Source: Deltaproteobacteria bacterium TL4 (lineage in GTDB: Bacteria; SAR324; NAC60-12). From it: a stretch of DNA of 14,363 nt. Made by a program: the position numbers and the translations under genes. How positions within the stretch are numbered: position 1 is the first letter of the stretch; each line of letters begins with the position of its first letter. Where the stretch lies: assembly GCA_051382335.1 (NCBI GenBank), contig JBBCAX010000397.1, positions 1 to 14,363 on the forward strand, in the 5' to 3' direction. Shown piece after piece: positions 1 through 7,739 of the stretch. Below the pieces are notes generated by a model. The model had not been told where the DNA came from and ran no database searches. It worked only from the letters and a program-made list of their open reading frames with translations.

Positions 1-127
1 ACGGGCTCGTCTTCGGTATTATTTACGCTCTGCTAGCGAAACGTTATCTTTATTCCAATCAAATTTTCAGGAAAAAAGTAGCTTTTAAAATCATTGTCTT
101 TGTCAAATCCTTAAGTTACTGACATTG
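1..127 (+). mobile_element. Right end of an IS4-family insertion sequence; terminal inverted repeat at 110-127
   Basis: The reverse complement of 110-127 is CAATGTCAGTAACTTAAG, close to the E. coli IS4 termini as I recall them (TAATGCC(G/A)(A/G)TCAGTTAAG). The sequence switches abruptly at 127/128 into the Gly-X-Y coding repeat of the cytochrome gene. The partner repeat is outside the window. Confidence 0.65.
3..122 (+). CDS. C-terminal end of a probable IS4-family transposase (5'-partial, runs off the window)
   Basis: Frame 3 is open from the window edge: GLVFGIIYALLAKRYLYSNQIFRKKVAFKIIVFVKSLSY*. The TGA (120-122) lies inside an IS4-like terminal repeat, a common layout for IS right ends. 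Only 39 codons are visible. Confidence 0.5.
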   Translation, partial: GLVFGIIYALLAKRYLYSNQIFRKKVAFKIIVFVKSLSY

Positions 128-128
128 T

Positions 129-206
129 GCGGCTGGTGCGGCTGGTGCGGCTGGTAAAGATGGTGTTGCTGGTGTTGCTGGTGCTGACGGACTGGATGGA
201 AATCCA
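129..206 (+). repeat. 9-bp tandem repeat encoding a collagen-like Gly-X-Y linker
   Basis: (gcggctggt)x3 followed by ggtgttgct x2; encodes GAA GAA GKD GVA GVA GAD GLD GNP (8 triplets, 135-206). Confidence 0.85.
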
Positions 207-2375
207 AACGACTATCTTGCACCCGAGGATTGTGCCGGTTGTCATGAAGGTCAGGGTGCAAAACACCAGGCACGATATGATGAGTTGTTCCAACACAAGG
301 TTATCAAGGTTACAGATCTGACTTACGCGAATGATGGTAGCAATGATACAGTGACTTTTAAGATGACCAAAAGCGGCTCAGCCTTTGATTGTACTCAAGC
401 TGATGCACTCGGTATTAAATTTACAGAGTATACCACAGGGACAAGAGGTTTCGATGGTGGTCTTACCATAAACGGAACTTTAACTTACGGCTATAGCACA
501 AACGTATGTACTAGCGTCAAGGCCCAAAGTGCTAGCGGTGATCTTTCAGCGAAGACTGGCCTCCTCATAGTGTACGGTAGAGATGAAACCCTCTATTCAA
601 TCAGGGATGGTAAGCGTTTGGATGAGCCAAGATACCCGTTTGCCGCACTCAAAAAATTTGGTACGGTGGATTACGTGTCCAGGGCAAATGTCTCAGGCTG
701 CGAAAAATGCCACACTGTGCCCTTCTTGAAACATGCTTACATCTATGGCCAGATTGACGATGCAAATGATTTTTATGCTTGTAAAGGATGCCACAATGAC
801 AATGGTGCCGGAGGACATCAAGACTGGCAGGTTTTAGTGGATAATCCCGCACGGTATGCGACGATAGCAACCACTCCTTTGACAGCCGCTGAGAAAACTC
901 AGTACGCCTATAAAACTAAACTCATGAATGACGTACACATGTCCCATGCTATGGAATTTGCTTATCCTCAATCTATGGCAAACTGTACAACATGCCATGC
1001 TGGCAAACTTACAGAAACCCTGGATAATGCCAATTTCAAGATTGAAACCTGTAAGAGTTGTCACCCCATGACTGGAACCGGCGGTACATCATCTAAAAGA
1101 GCGCCTGCTTTTGCAGACCTGTGGGCAGCTAAGAATGTCGCAGCATCTAGTGGACATACCGGTGATTTGAGCACTAAAAATTGTACTGCTTGCCATGATG
1201 GAAGTGCTGCACCTGTATTCAGTACGATTCACTCTGGTTATGACAAGAAAATCTATGCTGATGCGACAGGAACAAAGTATGCGGATATCTTTAAGCTCAC
1301 CATTGATACAGCCACTGTCAGTAACAATGTTCTAACGGTTACCTTAAGTGCGACAAAAGATGCGACAAAGGCACCAGCTTCATTGACAAAGACTGCCGCA
1401 GATATTGTACCTACCGCACTGGTTGGATTATACGGTTATGACACGAAGGATTTTCTGGTTAGTCCACATAGTAGTGATGCTGTAGACAAGAAAAGATACC
1501 TGGAACAGGCGCTAGGTCTTCCTGATGCGGGTCATCCACGGATAACGACTACTGCCGCGGCAAACGGTAGCTGGACATTTACGGCAAACTTATCACAGTG
1601 GGCCGACAAGATTGCTGCCGGAACCGTTAAAAGAGTTGAAATCGGTATTATGCCTACACTGAAGATAAAAACTGGCACAACGACAGTTAATGGTGTCACA
1701 ACCGACGTTCTTCTTACTGTTGCACTCAACGCTCCTTCCAAAACTTTTGATCTGGCAGCGAATACGTTTGACGATACCTTCTACAGTGATATTGTGGATG
1801 TTACGGGCGGATGTAACCAATGCCATGACGCACTGGCAACAACCTTCCACTCCGGCGATCGCGGTGGTAACATCAAAATCTGCAGATTGTGTCACACTGT
1901 AGCAAGTGGCGGTTCTCATTTGGAAATGCAGTCAAGATCCATTGATTCGTATGTTCATGCGATCCACTCCTTCCAGCCTTTTGATATCGGTGATGTTGAT
2001 TTGAGTGATCCAGTAGAAAAACTTCTTCTTGAGCATCATGAGGAGTCCCTATATCCTAAATTTGGTACAGATTGTAAGTCTTGCCACAAGGCAGGTACTT
2101 TTGAAGTACCGGATCAAACCAAGTCCTTACCTAGCGTATTTTCAGGGTCCGATACCGTTGTGGGCAGAGATATCAAAAATGTGCCTAGCTATGTTTCTGG
2201 TCCTGGTTCCAGAGCCTGTGGTTCATGTCACAGAGCCATGATGATCAATGAAGATGACGCTGCTGGACTTTCTGCTTTTAACGAGAAAATGAAAAGGAAC
2301 GGTTACCTGGTTCCAAATGCGACGGGTGTCTTTGACTCCATCGTTGAGACAATCATGACTATTCTTGGACAATAA
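129..2375 (+). CDS. OmcA/MtrC-like decaheme c-type cytochrome, 5'-truncated by the IS (no start codon or signal peptide visible; probably inactivated)
   Basis: The frame of the 285..2375 ORF stays open back to 123: AAGAAGAAGKDGVAGVAGADGLDGNPNDYLAPEDCAGCHEGQGAKHQARYDELFQHKVIK. Ten CxxCH motifs: CAGCH (231-245), CEKCH, CKGCH, CTTCH, CKSCH, CTACH, CNQCH, CRLCH, CKSCH, CGSCH. Also VHMSH/VHAIH His motifs and YPQSMANCTTCH/YPKFGTDCKSCH segments typical of OmcA/MtrC heme domains, alternating with beta-rich domains. The TTG at 285 is an internal Leu. Confidence 0.85.
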   Translation, partial: AAGAAGAAGKDGVAGVAGADGLDGNPNDYLAPEDCAGCHEGQGAKHQARYDELFQHKVIKVTDLTYANDGSNDTVTFKMTKSGSAFDCTQADALGIKFTEYTTGTRGFDGGLTINGTLTYGYSTNVCTSVKAQSASGDLSAKTGLLIVYGRDETLYSIRDGKRLDEPRYPFAALKKFGTVDYVSRANVSGCEKCHTVPFLKHAYIYGQIDDANDFYACKGCHNDNGAGGHQDWQVLVDNPARYATIATTPLTAAEKTQYAYKTKLMNDVHMSHAMEFAYPQSMANCTTCHAGKLTETLDNANFKIETCKSCHPMTGTGGTSSKRAPAFADLWAAKNVAASSGHTGDLSTKNCTACHDGSAAPVFSTIHSGYDKKIYADATGTKYADIFKLTIDTATVSNNVLTVTLSATKDATKAPASLTKTAADIVPTALVGLYGYDTKDFLVSPHSSDAVDKKRYLEQALGLPDAGHPRITTTAAANGSWTFTANLSQWADKIAAGTVKRVEIGIMPTLKIKTGTTTVNGVTTDVLLTVALNAPSKTFDLAANTFDDTFYSDIVDVTGGCNQCHDALATTFHSGDRGGNIKICRLCHTVASGGSHLEMQSRSIDSYVHAIHSFQPFDIGDVDLSDPVEKLLLEHHEESLYPKFGTDCKSCHKAGTFEVPDQTKSLPSVFSGSDTVVGRDIKNVPSYVSGPGSRACGSCHRAMMINEDDAAGLSAFNEKMKRNGYLVPNATGVFDSIVETIMTILGQ

Positions 2376-2394
2376 GAATGAGTCTTTAAGTTAA

Positions 2395-2452
2395 CGAACA
2401 GGCCGCCAGGTCTGTTCGCCTGACCTTCACCCCGCTTCGCCAGGAGCGGGGT
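2395..2452 (+). terminator. Twin hairpins downstream of the cytochrome gene (terminator or 3' stabiliser)
   Basis: cgaacaggcc-GCCA-ggtctgttcg (2395-2418) and accccgcttc-GCCA-ggagcggggt (2429-2452). Each has a 10-bp stem with one G-U pair. No clean U-tract follows. Confidence 0.55.
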
Positions 2453-2453
2453 T

Positions 2454-2509
2454 GTCCTCCTGCTTTTCTTGCGCCTTCCCCTGAAATATCATCCGCGTAT
2501 TTTGATTTT
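2454..2509 (-). pseudogene. 56-bp fragment of a RES toxin gene paralogue
   Basis: 52/56 identical to 8135-8190; encodes KSKYADDISGEGARKAGG on the minus strand. Confidence 0.85.
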
Positions 2510-3002
2510 TGTCTCACTCACAAGGCTTGCCATAAGCGTTAGCTGTAAGGTAATAAAAATTAAAAATATAGTGATATCAATTAAATATAAAACAAATACC
2601 TGACTACGGAGGGCAAAGGGTTGAGGACTTTGCAACAACAAATTTTATGAATATTCGTCTTGTAATGATTTCCAAATAAGGTAGAACGCAGCGTGGGTAT
2701 TCAGTAAAGTACGTTGTTTGCTGAATGCTCACAAAAACTGTTTCGATGGATTCTCTGTTTGTGCCTTCTTGTGGGGGGTATGTTGGTGTTCGTACCGTGT
2801 GAGTGGCTGTTCATCAGGCATTCCCTGTCCCGTTACCTATGGAATGGCCTTTATCCATCGATTCTTGATTTTCCTTCGAAAATCATGTTCATTCTTACTC
2901 CTTCTGATGCATGTTTGAGTGCACGGGGAGTAGTGTATTTTTAACTGTAATAGAGGAAACCTATATCACTAAGGAACGGCAAAAGAATAACTATGAAAAC
3001 TT

Positions 3003-3210
3003 CTCATTCTCACGCTCCCGCGAGGGAATGCCTAAATTGGCGTTCCCGCACCCAGTACAGCGGGAGCGGCGCGATTATGGGTTATAGACGTTTATTTTAA
3101 TAAATTCACAGTAGAAGGAGCGTCCCGCTCCTTGAAAGAGGCGAGACGCCTCTTCTACTGTGTCACTAATTTTATGAACGTCTATAGCACGCGGAAGTAT
3201 GGTAACCAGT
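3003..3210. repeat. Degenerate palindromic REP-like element interrupted by a MITE
   Basis: Left arm ctcattctcacgctcccgcgagggaatgcc. The right arm tgggtTA|gcacgcggaagtatggtaaccag is split by the 3083-3186 insertion; rejoined, it forms an imperfect hairpin. Confidence 0.5.
3083..3186. mobile_element. IS630-like MITE (TA target) carrying a GTAG REP doublet
   Basis: Perfect 10-bp inverted ends tatagacgtt (3083-3092) / aacgtctata (3177-3186). The internal inverted pair cacaGTAGaaggagcgtcccgctcct...gaggcgagacgcctcttCTACtgtg spans 3107-3162. Confidence 0.6.
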
Positions 3211-3265
3211 TCCAAAAGTTTTCATACTTATTCTTTTCATATTCCTAATCAACCATGAGGGATTT

Positions 3266-3691
3266 ATGGGAAAAGTCGTTGTAAAAGATGTGGTGCTGAG
3301 AAACCAAGATGATATTTCTTTGGTCAGAAATGGCTATAAAGATGAGTCTTCAATTCGCACAATAACATTAGATATGATTGCGGATACTGGGGCAAAAGCG
3401 ATTGGTTTACCGAGGTCAATCATTGAAAAATTAGGTTTACAACCACATAGAGAGGTTACCGTTACCTTGTCAAATGGGCTTAAAGAAAAACGAATGCTTT
3501 ATAATGGTTTACATTTAAGGATTGGTGATCGGGATAGTGTATTCGAATGTATTGCAAAACCAGAAGAAGCTCCTTGTTTACTCGGACAGTTAGTCCTTGA
3601 AACATTGGATTTTGTGGTTGACTGTCCTAATCATCGTTTAATACCAAATCCAAGTGCCCCAGATGGCATGATGATGTATGATGATTTTTAG
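3266..3691 (+). CDS. Clan AA (retropepsin-like) aspartic protease, AF_0612-type, 141 aa
   Basis: Catalytic ADTGA motif, flap VTLSNG, C-terminal LLGQLVLETLDFVVD motif; RBS gaggga upstream. Confidence 0.85.
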   Translation: MGKVVVKDVVLRNQDDISLVRNGYKDESSIRTITLDMIADTGAKAIGLPRSIIEKLGLQPHREVTVTLSNGLKEKRMLYNGLHLRIGDRDSVFECIAKPEEAPCLLGQLVLETLDFVVDCPNHRLIPNPSAPDGMMMYDDF

Positions 3692-3786
3692 ACCACCACT
3701 CAAAATGGGATTGTAAAAGTGAAATCTTAATCCGTTACATGTCTCACTGTTTTCTGCTTTAAAAATAAGCAAACCTAAGGTATATA

Positions 3787-5644
3787 CTCACCATTTGGTC
3801 AATAAAATCGCACTATTTTTAATTTCAAGATTTTGGTACAATCCCCGCTCGAATCCCAATCTTTCCAAAATTTCCTTTTGCAATTCCGACAATGGAGTCA
3901 GATGGCGGACGAGTTGGTTTCCGGAATGGATGATGGTCAAGCTCACGTTGGAGAAAGCCTTCAAAATCCGTTCAACCGTTGGAGCCTCCGTGGTTTGTTT
4001 TGGCTTTCCTGGTTGCCATCCCGTTAAGGCGGCTTTGTCTTGCTGTAATGAACGTCGTATCACAAACTCGATCAAGGTCAGCACACGAATGCCCAAAATC
4101 AACAAGTGAGTTAATCCCTCCACCTGATCATCCCGTTGGACAAACAATGGAGCGATGTTCAAACGACTTTTTAATCGTTCAAAAATCCGTTCCACGCGGT
4201 ATTCCTTACGGTAACACAGCACCGCTTGCTCTAAGCTGAGATGCTCTTGTGTCACATCGATCACAAAGGCTTTCCAACCAAAGGTTTCTTTGGTCTGCTC
4301 AATCTGTTCTTCCAAGCGTTTAACCGCTGTGATTTGGTAGCGAATGGTTTCGATTACCTGTGTGGGACGATTCATTGAACCTCGCCCTTTCCCAATGTAT
4401 TTGGTTTGTTGTTCCATTTGCTTTTCATAGTTGATCTCCAGCAAGCCTTCGACTTTGTGAGTTTTTAGAATCTTCTCGATTTGAGTTTTCAAGACGGTCT
4501 CTTCAGTGATCTGTCGCTTGCTCTGACCTATAGGCGGAGTCAACGCCAGGAGCTTCTTCTGGGCTTTTTCAATACGTTGTTCCAGTCCTTTTTTCTGTTG
4601 GGAAGCATGGGTCGGAGATTGGAGAATGAACACCCTTTCGCTCCACTGGAGTTTTTTGTCTCCATCCATTCCTTGTTGTGGGCGCTGAAATTCATATCCC
4701 TGAGCGATCAACACCTCTTGTCCTTGATCATTCATTCGAAAAACTTCTTGAAGGTCTCCGTTGTTTTTTTGGACAATCCCCTCTTGAGTCCATACTCCCA
4801 TTTTCTCAGCGGTCTTGCCTGTTAGAGGTAGAGGAGACAAGTAATGATGGCCTAATCCTATGATATGGGTTCGGGTCTCCAACGCACTGATTTTACAATC
4901 CCCACAATAGAGAACCCCTGTTTTTTGCAAAGCTTCATGAACCCGATCAATCACAGGAATGTATAACCCCTCATCGGCTCGCTCTCCAGAAACGACATCG
5001 GTGACCAACGGCATCCCCAATGGATCAAGGGCTCCGGTCATCAACTTAATCTGTCGTAAACTCGGATCATCTTTGCTGTGTCCAAATTGAAACAAACTTC
5101 CCTCTCCTCCTTCGTGATACCGTGAAACCGTGGTGGCATCACACCGAACCACCTCTGTTGGTAATTCATAGACCTCGATACTTCTTTCATTGAGTTCTTG
5201 CTCAAGGGCCTTCCAATAGGAGGTTTGACTCAAGTACTTCAGCAGGTTTCCCAACCGATCCGTTGTGAAATCTGCCTCACTGACCTCCTGTCCTGTCAAT
5301 TCATTGAATGTGTTTTGCATTCCACGGATGTATTCCTCTACTGATGATTTGCGATGATCCCCTTCCGTCAAAATATAGGCCAACCAAATCACTGCCGTCC
5401 AACCCCAGCTTAACTCTCTTTGTTTCCAGTGCGGGGGAATATGATGATCCAAAATTTCTACTAACCCAATCCGTTTCATCACTCCTAATAACAGGGGAAC
5501 ATCGTCCACACGTTCTGTTATGATCTCTAATTCTTCCATCTCACTCTCCTGACAAAGGTTGCGTTTCTTTGACAGGATAGTAAATCATTCACAATGTTCA
5601 GGACAAAATTAAATTATTTCTCTTTTTATTGACCAAACGGTGAG
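3787..5644 (-). mobile_element. IS1634-family insertion sequence, apparently intact
   Basis: 21-bp inverted repeats ctcaccatttggtcaataaaa (3787-3807) / ttttattgaccaaacggtgag (5624-5644), 20/21 match. Flanked by TATATA direct repeats at 3781-3786 and 5645-5650. Confidence 0.9.
3788..5539 (-). CDS. IS1634-family DDE transposase, 583 aa
   Basis: N-terminal ERVDDVPLL; DDE-type motifs RCDATT, GDCK, YRKEYRVERIFERLK; FGHSKD motif. The stop codon lies inside the right repeat; RBS ggag upstream. Confidence 0.9.
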   Translation of the reverse strand: MEELEIITERVDDVPLLLGVMKRIGLVEILDHHIPPHWKQRELSWGWTAVIWLAYILTEGDHRKSSVEEYIRGMQNTFNELTGQEVSEADFTTDRLGNLLKYLSQTSYWKALEQELNERSIEVYELPTEVVRCDATTVSRYHEGGEGSLFQFGHSKDDPSLRQIKLMTGALDPLGMPLVTDVVSGERADEGLYIPVIDRVHEALQKTGVLYCGDCKISALETRTHIIGLGHHYLSPLPLTGKTAEKMGVWTQEGIVQKNNGDLQEVFRMNDQGQEVLIAQGYEFQRPQQGMDGDKKLQWSERVFILQSPTHASQQKKGLEQRIEKAQKKLLALTPPIGQSKRQITEETVLKTQIEKILKTHKVEGLLEINYEKQMEQQTKYIGKGRGSMNRPTQVIETIRYQITAVKRLEEQIEQTKETFGWKAFVIDVTQEHLSLEQAVLCYRKEYRVERIFERLKSRLNIAPLFVQRDDQVEGLTHLLILGIRVLTLIEFVIRRSLQQDKAALTGWQPGKPKQTTEAPTVERILKAFSNVSLTIIHSGNQLVRHLTPLSELQKEILERLGFERGLYQNLEIKNSAILLTKW

Positions 5645-5719
5645 TATATAGGCAGCGGTAAAAACTTTTAAGATTAAAACCCTGACTCTGCAAATCATCC
5701 AAACCAGAGGTCCACCGCT

Positions 5720-7434
5720 ATGTCCAAAAAACAATTTCATTCCGGTTCACGTCCTGATTCAAACTCCAAGGAGGCCACCACAAGACGCGTTCCCCTCTGG
5801 CAGAAGATGGTTCTTCCGGTGCTGGCGCTCTTGATTTTTTCCCCTCTGCTTGAAGGCGGGTTGGCTCTTTTCGGGATTAAACCTGTCTTATAGGTTGAAG
5901 ATCCCTTTGTCGGGTTTGCCTCTAATGCGCCTTTATTCGTCCCTGCGAGTGGTGCCAATGAACAACAACTGATGACCGCGCCCAACAAAAAGGATTACTT
6001 CAACCGGCAGAGTTTTCCCCAGCAAAAAAAGCCGAATTCCTTCCGTATTTTTACGCTTGGTTCAACCGCTTCACACTGTCTCAGACCCGCACCTGGTCAG
6101 CGATGACTACCGCGCTCAAAAGCCTGGGAATCTCCCCCTCTGCGGTAAAAGAAGATCGTTTCAAGTTGAGTTCAGAGGTTGATGCCATTCTGGATCGGTC
6201 TGTGGGACTGGAGGCTTACACCCGCAATGATACGCTGCGGGAAAACGTGTTCAAACATTTCAAGCTCAGCCTGGAGCATATGGTGGTGCTGGCCCGTTCG
6301 GTGGGTGCCCAGGTTATTTTGGTGACTCCTGCCTCCAATCTGAAAGATTGCTCACCGTTTAAAAGTCAGGACACTACCGGTATTAAAAAGGCTGATCTTG
6401 AACGCTCTGGAGAGTTGATGATGATGAGCACGCCGCTTGTCTGGGATAAAGAATGGGAGATGGTCCTGCATTTTCTGGATCAAGCGGTCAAGCTCAATCC
6501 CCGACTTGCTGAATTGCGCTATCGACGTGGCCAGGCCTTATTGGCTCTGGGACGCTTTGAGAAGGCAAAAATAGAGTTGATCAGTGCTCGGGACGAGGAT
6601 GTCTGCCCATTGCGAGCTTTAACACCAATCGTCCAGATGGTTGGTGAGGTCACCAAGGCGCAGCAGGTGCTGCTGGTCGATTTTGAGGGTCTCATGGAAC
6701 AACGCATGTTGAGTCTGAAAAGGCATACAATTCCCGGTGAGGAATATTTTCTGGACCATGTCCATCTGACCATTGAAGGACATAAACTGCTGGCGGTCGC
6801 GCTGCTGGAGGCTATGTCCAAACAGGGACTGGTTCATCCTGACCCCCATTGGGACAAAGAAGGGCTGGCCGCTGTCTCCGCAAAGATAGAAGGCGGGGTC
6901 AATCCTGAGAAACAGGGGCAGGCCTTGGCTAATCTCGCTCGCGTACTTTTGTGGGCGGGAAAAGACGAGGATGCGGCCCGACTGGCCCGACTGGCATTGG
7001 ATATCGGTGGTGACTATGAGATGCCTTATTACGATCGGGCACACATGCTTTTCGGCATTGACATGGCAGAACGAGGTCGCCCAAGGATTGCCTACTCCAG
7101 TTTAATGGAGGCCATACGGCTTAACCCGAACAATGTTCAAGCTCTCAGAAAATTGGAACAGATTCGTCCTTTACTGGTGGGCCATGAACTCAATCCGTTG
7201 CCTCCCCAGATCCAACTGGACCGTTATCCTTCCATGACTCTAAGAAAGCTGGTCCAAGGGCGACTCAATTCCCGTGGCCTCTTCGTTCCCGACGGTATTG
7301 AAGCCGAGTTCCACGAGAATGGTCGACTCCAGCGATTCCTCGATATCGACCAAGGGAAACCGAAAGGCCTTGAAATGACTTGGGATCAGGACGGTAAGGA
7401 ATCGCACAGAAACAACTTACCCATTTGCCTCTAG
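5720..7434 (+). pseudogene. Disrupted membrane-anchored SGNH/GDSL-hydrolase-like protein with TPR repeats and a C-terminal MORN-variant (YwqK-like) segment; the residual ORF 6103..7434 (443 aa) is open
   Basis: ATG at 5720 gives MSKKQ...WQKMVLPVLALLIFSPLLEGGLALFGIKPVL, an in-frame TAG at 5891-5893, then VEDPFVGF...FNRQSFPQQKKPNSFRIFTLGSTAS. A frameshift near 6074 leads into LSQTRTWSAMTTALK. The downstream part has FLDHVHLTIEGH (SGNH block V DxxH), TPR-like LNPRLAELRYRRGQALLALGRFEKA, and DGIEAEFHENGRL...GKPKGLEMTWDQDGK. Confidence 0.75.
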
Positions 7435-7448
7435 CCAGCTACTGAAAA

Positions 7449-7542
7449 GGGCATGGGGCATAGGGTGGGCAAGAGACTAATCCCCAATCCCTATTCCCTA
7501 ATCCCTTGGAATGGCAACTTCATTAGATGGGGAATTGGGAAT
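7449..7542. repeat. STRR-like heptamer tandem repeats
   Basis: gggcatg gggcata ggg (7449-7465); tccccaa tccctat tccctaa tccct (7481-7506); ggggaat tgggaat (7529-7542). Confidence 0.55.
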
Positions 7543-7618
7543 GTTATTTATGAGCCATTCCTAAGCTGCTTTCGCGGAAGGTTTATCCTTAGGCACGCTT
7601 GTTGATCCCCATTCCTGG

Positions 7619-7680
7619 GAGGCTGTCCGAGAATGTGTAGGGTGGGTTAGCGGCAAGGAATGAGAATTCCTCGGATATCT
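7619..7680. repeat. Truncated GTAG REP half preceded by an IS5/IS1182-like end
   Basis: gaggctgtccgagaat followed by GTAGggtgggttagcg (7637-7652), similar to GTAGggtgtgttagtg at 13899. A weak counterpart attcctcggatatct lies at 7666-7680. Confidence 0.35.
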
Positions 7681-7739
7681 TTAATTTTGTTTTGCAGGCC
7701 GAAATAAGGATCATGCCACGTTTTGTGGACTGAGAGTTA

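Noticed and set aside
120..122. In-frame TGA upstream of the cytochrome as selenocysteine or read-through
   Set aside because: It lies in an IS-like terminal repeat, the upstream peptide is not a signal peptide, and no SECIS-like hairpin is evident.
111..321. ORFs 111..296 (-) and 127..321 (+)
   Set aside because: Alternative-frame readings of the 9-bp collagen-like repeat; the real frame is the cytochrome frame.
2520..3000. Short ORFs 2714..2944 and 2718..2918, and an aaatacctgactacg segment resembling a purine riboswitch 3' end
   Set aside because: No recognisable protein motifs in any frame; the 5' half of a purine aptamer is absent. A possible IS-end remnant near 2625-2640 has no clear partner.
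3795..5523. Plus-strand ORFs within the transposase gene
   Set aside because: Antisense shadows of the IS1634 transposase.
5891..5893. TAG as pyrrolysine or programmed read-through
   Set aside because: The same gene also has a frameshift and an apparent deletion; a simple nonsense mutation is more parsimonious.
7552..7600. gagccattcctaag...cttaggcacgctt as a tiny MITE
   Set aside because: Weak gapped inverted match, no target duplication.
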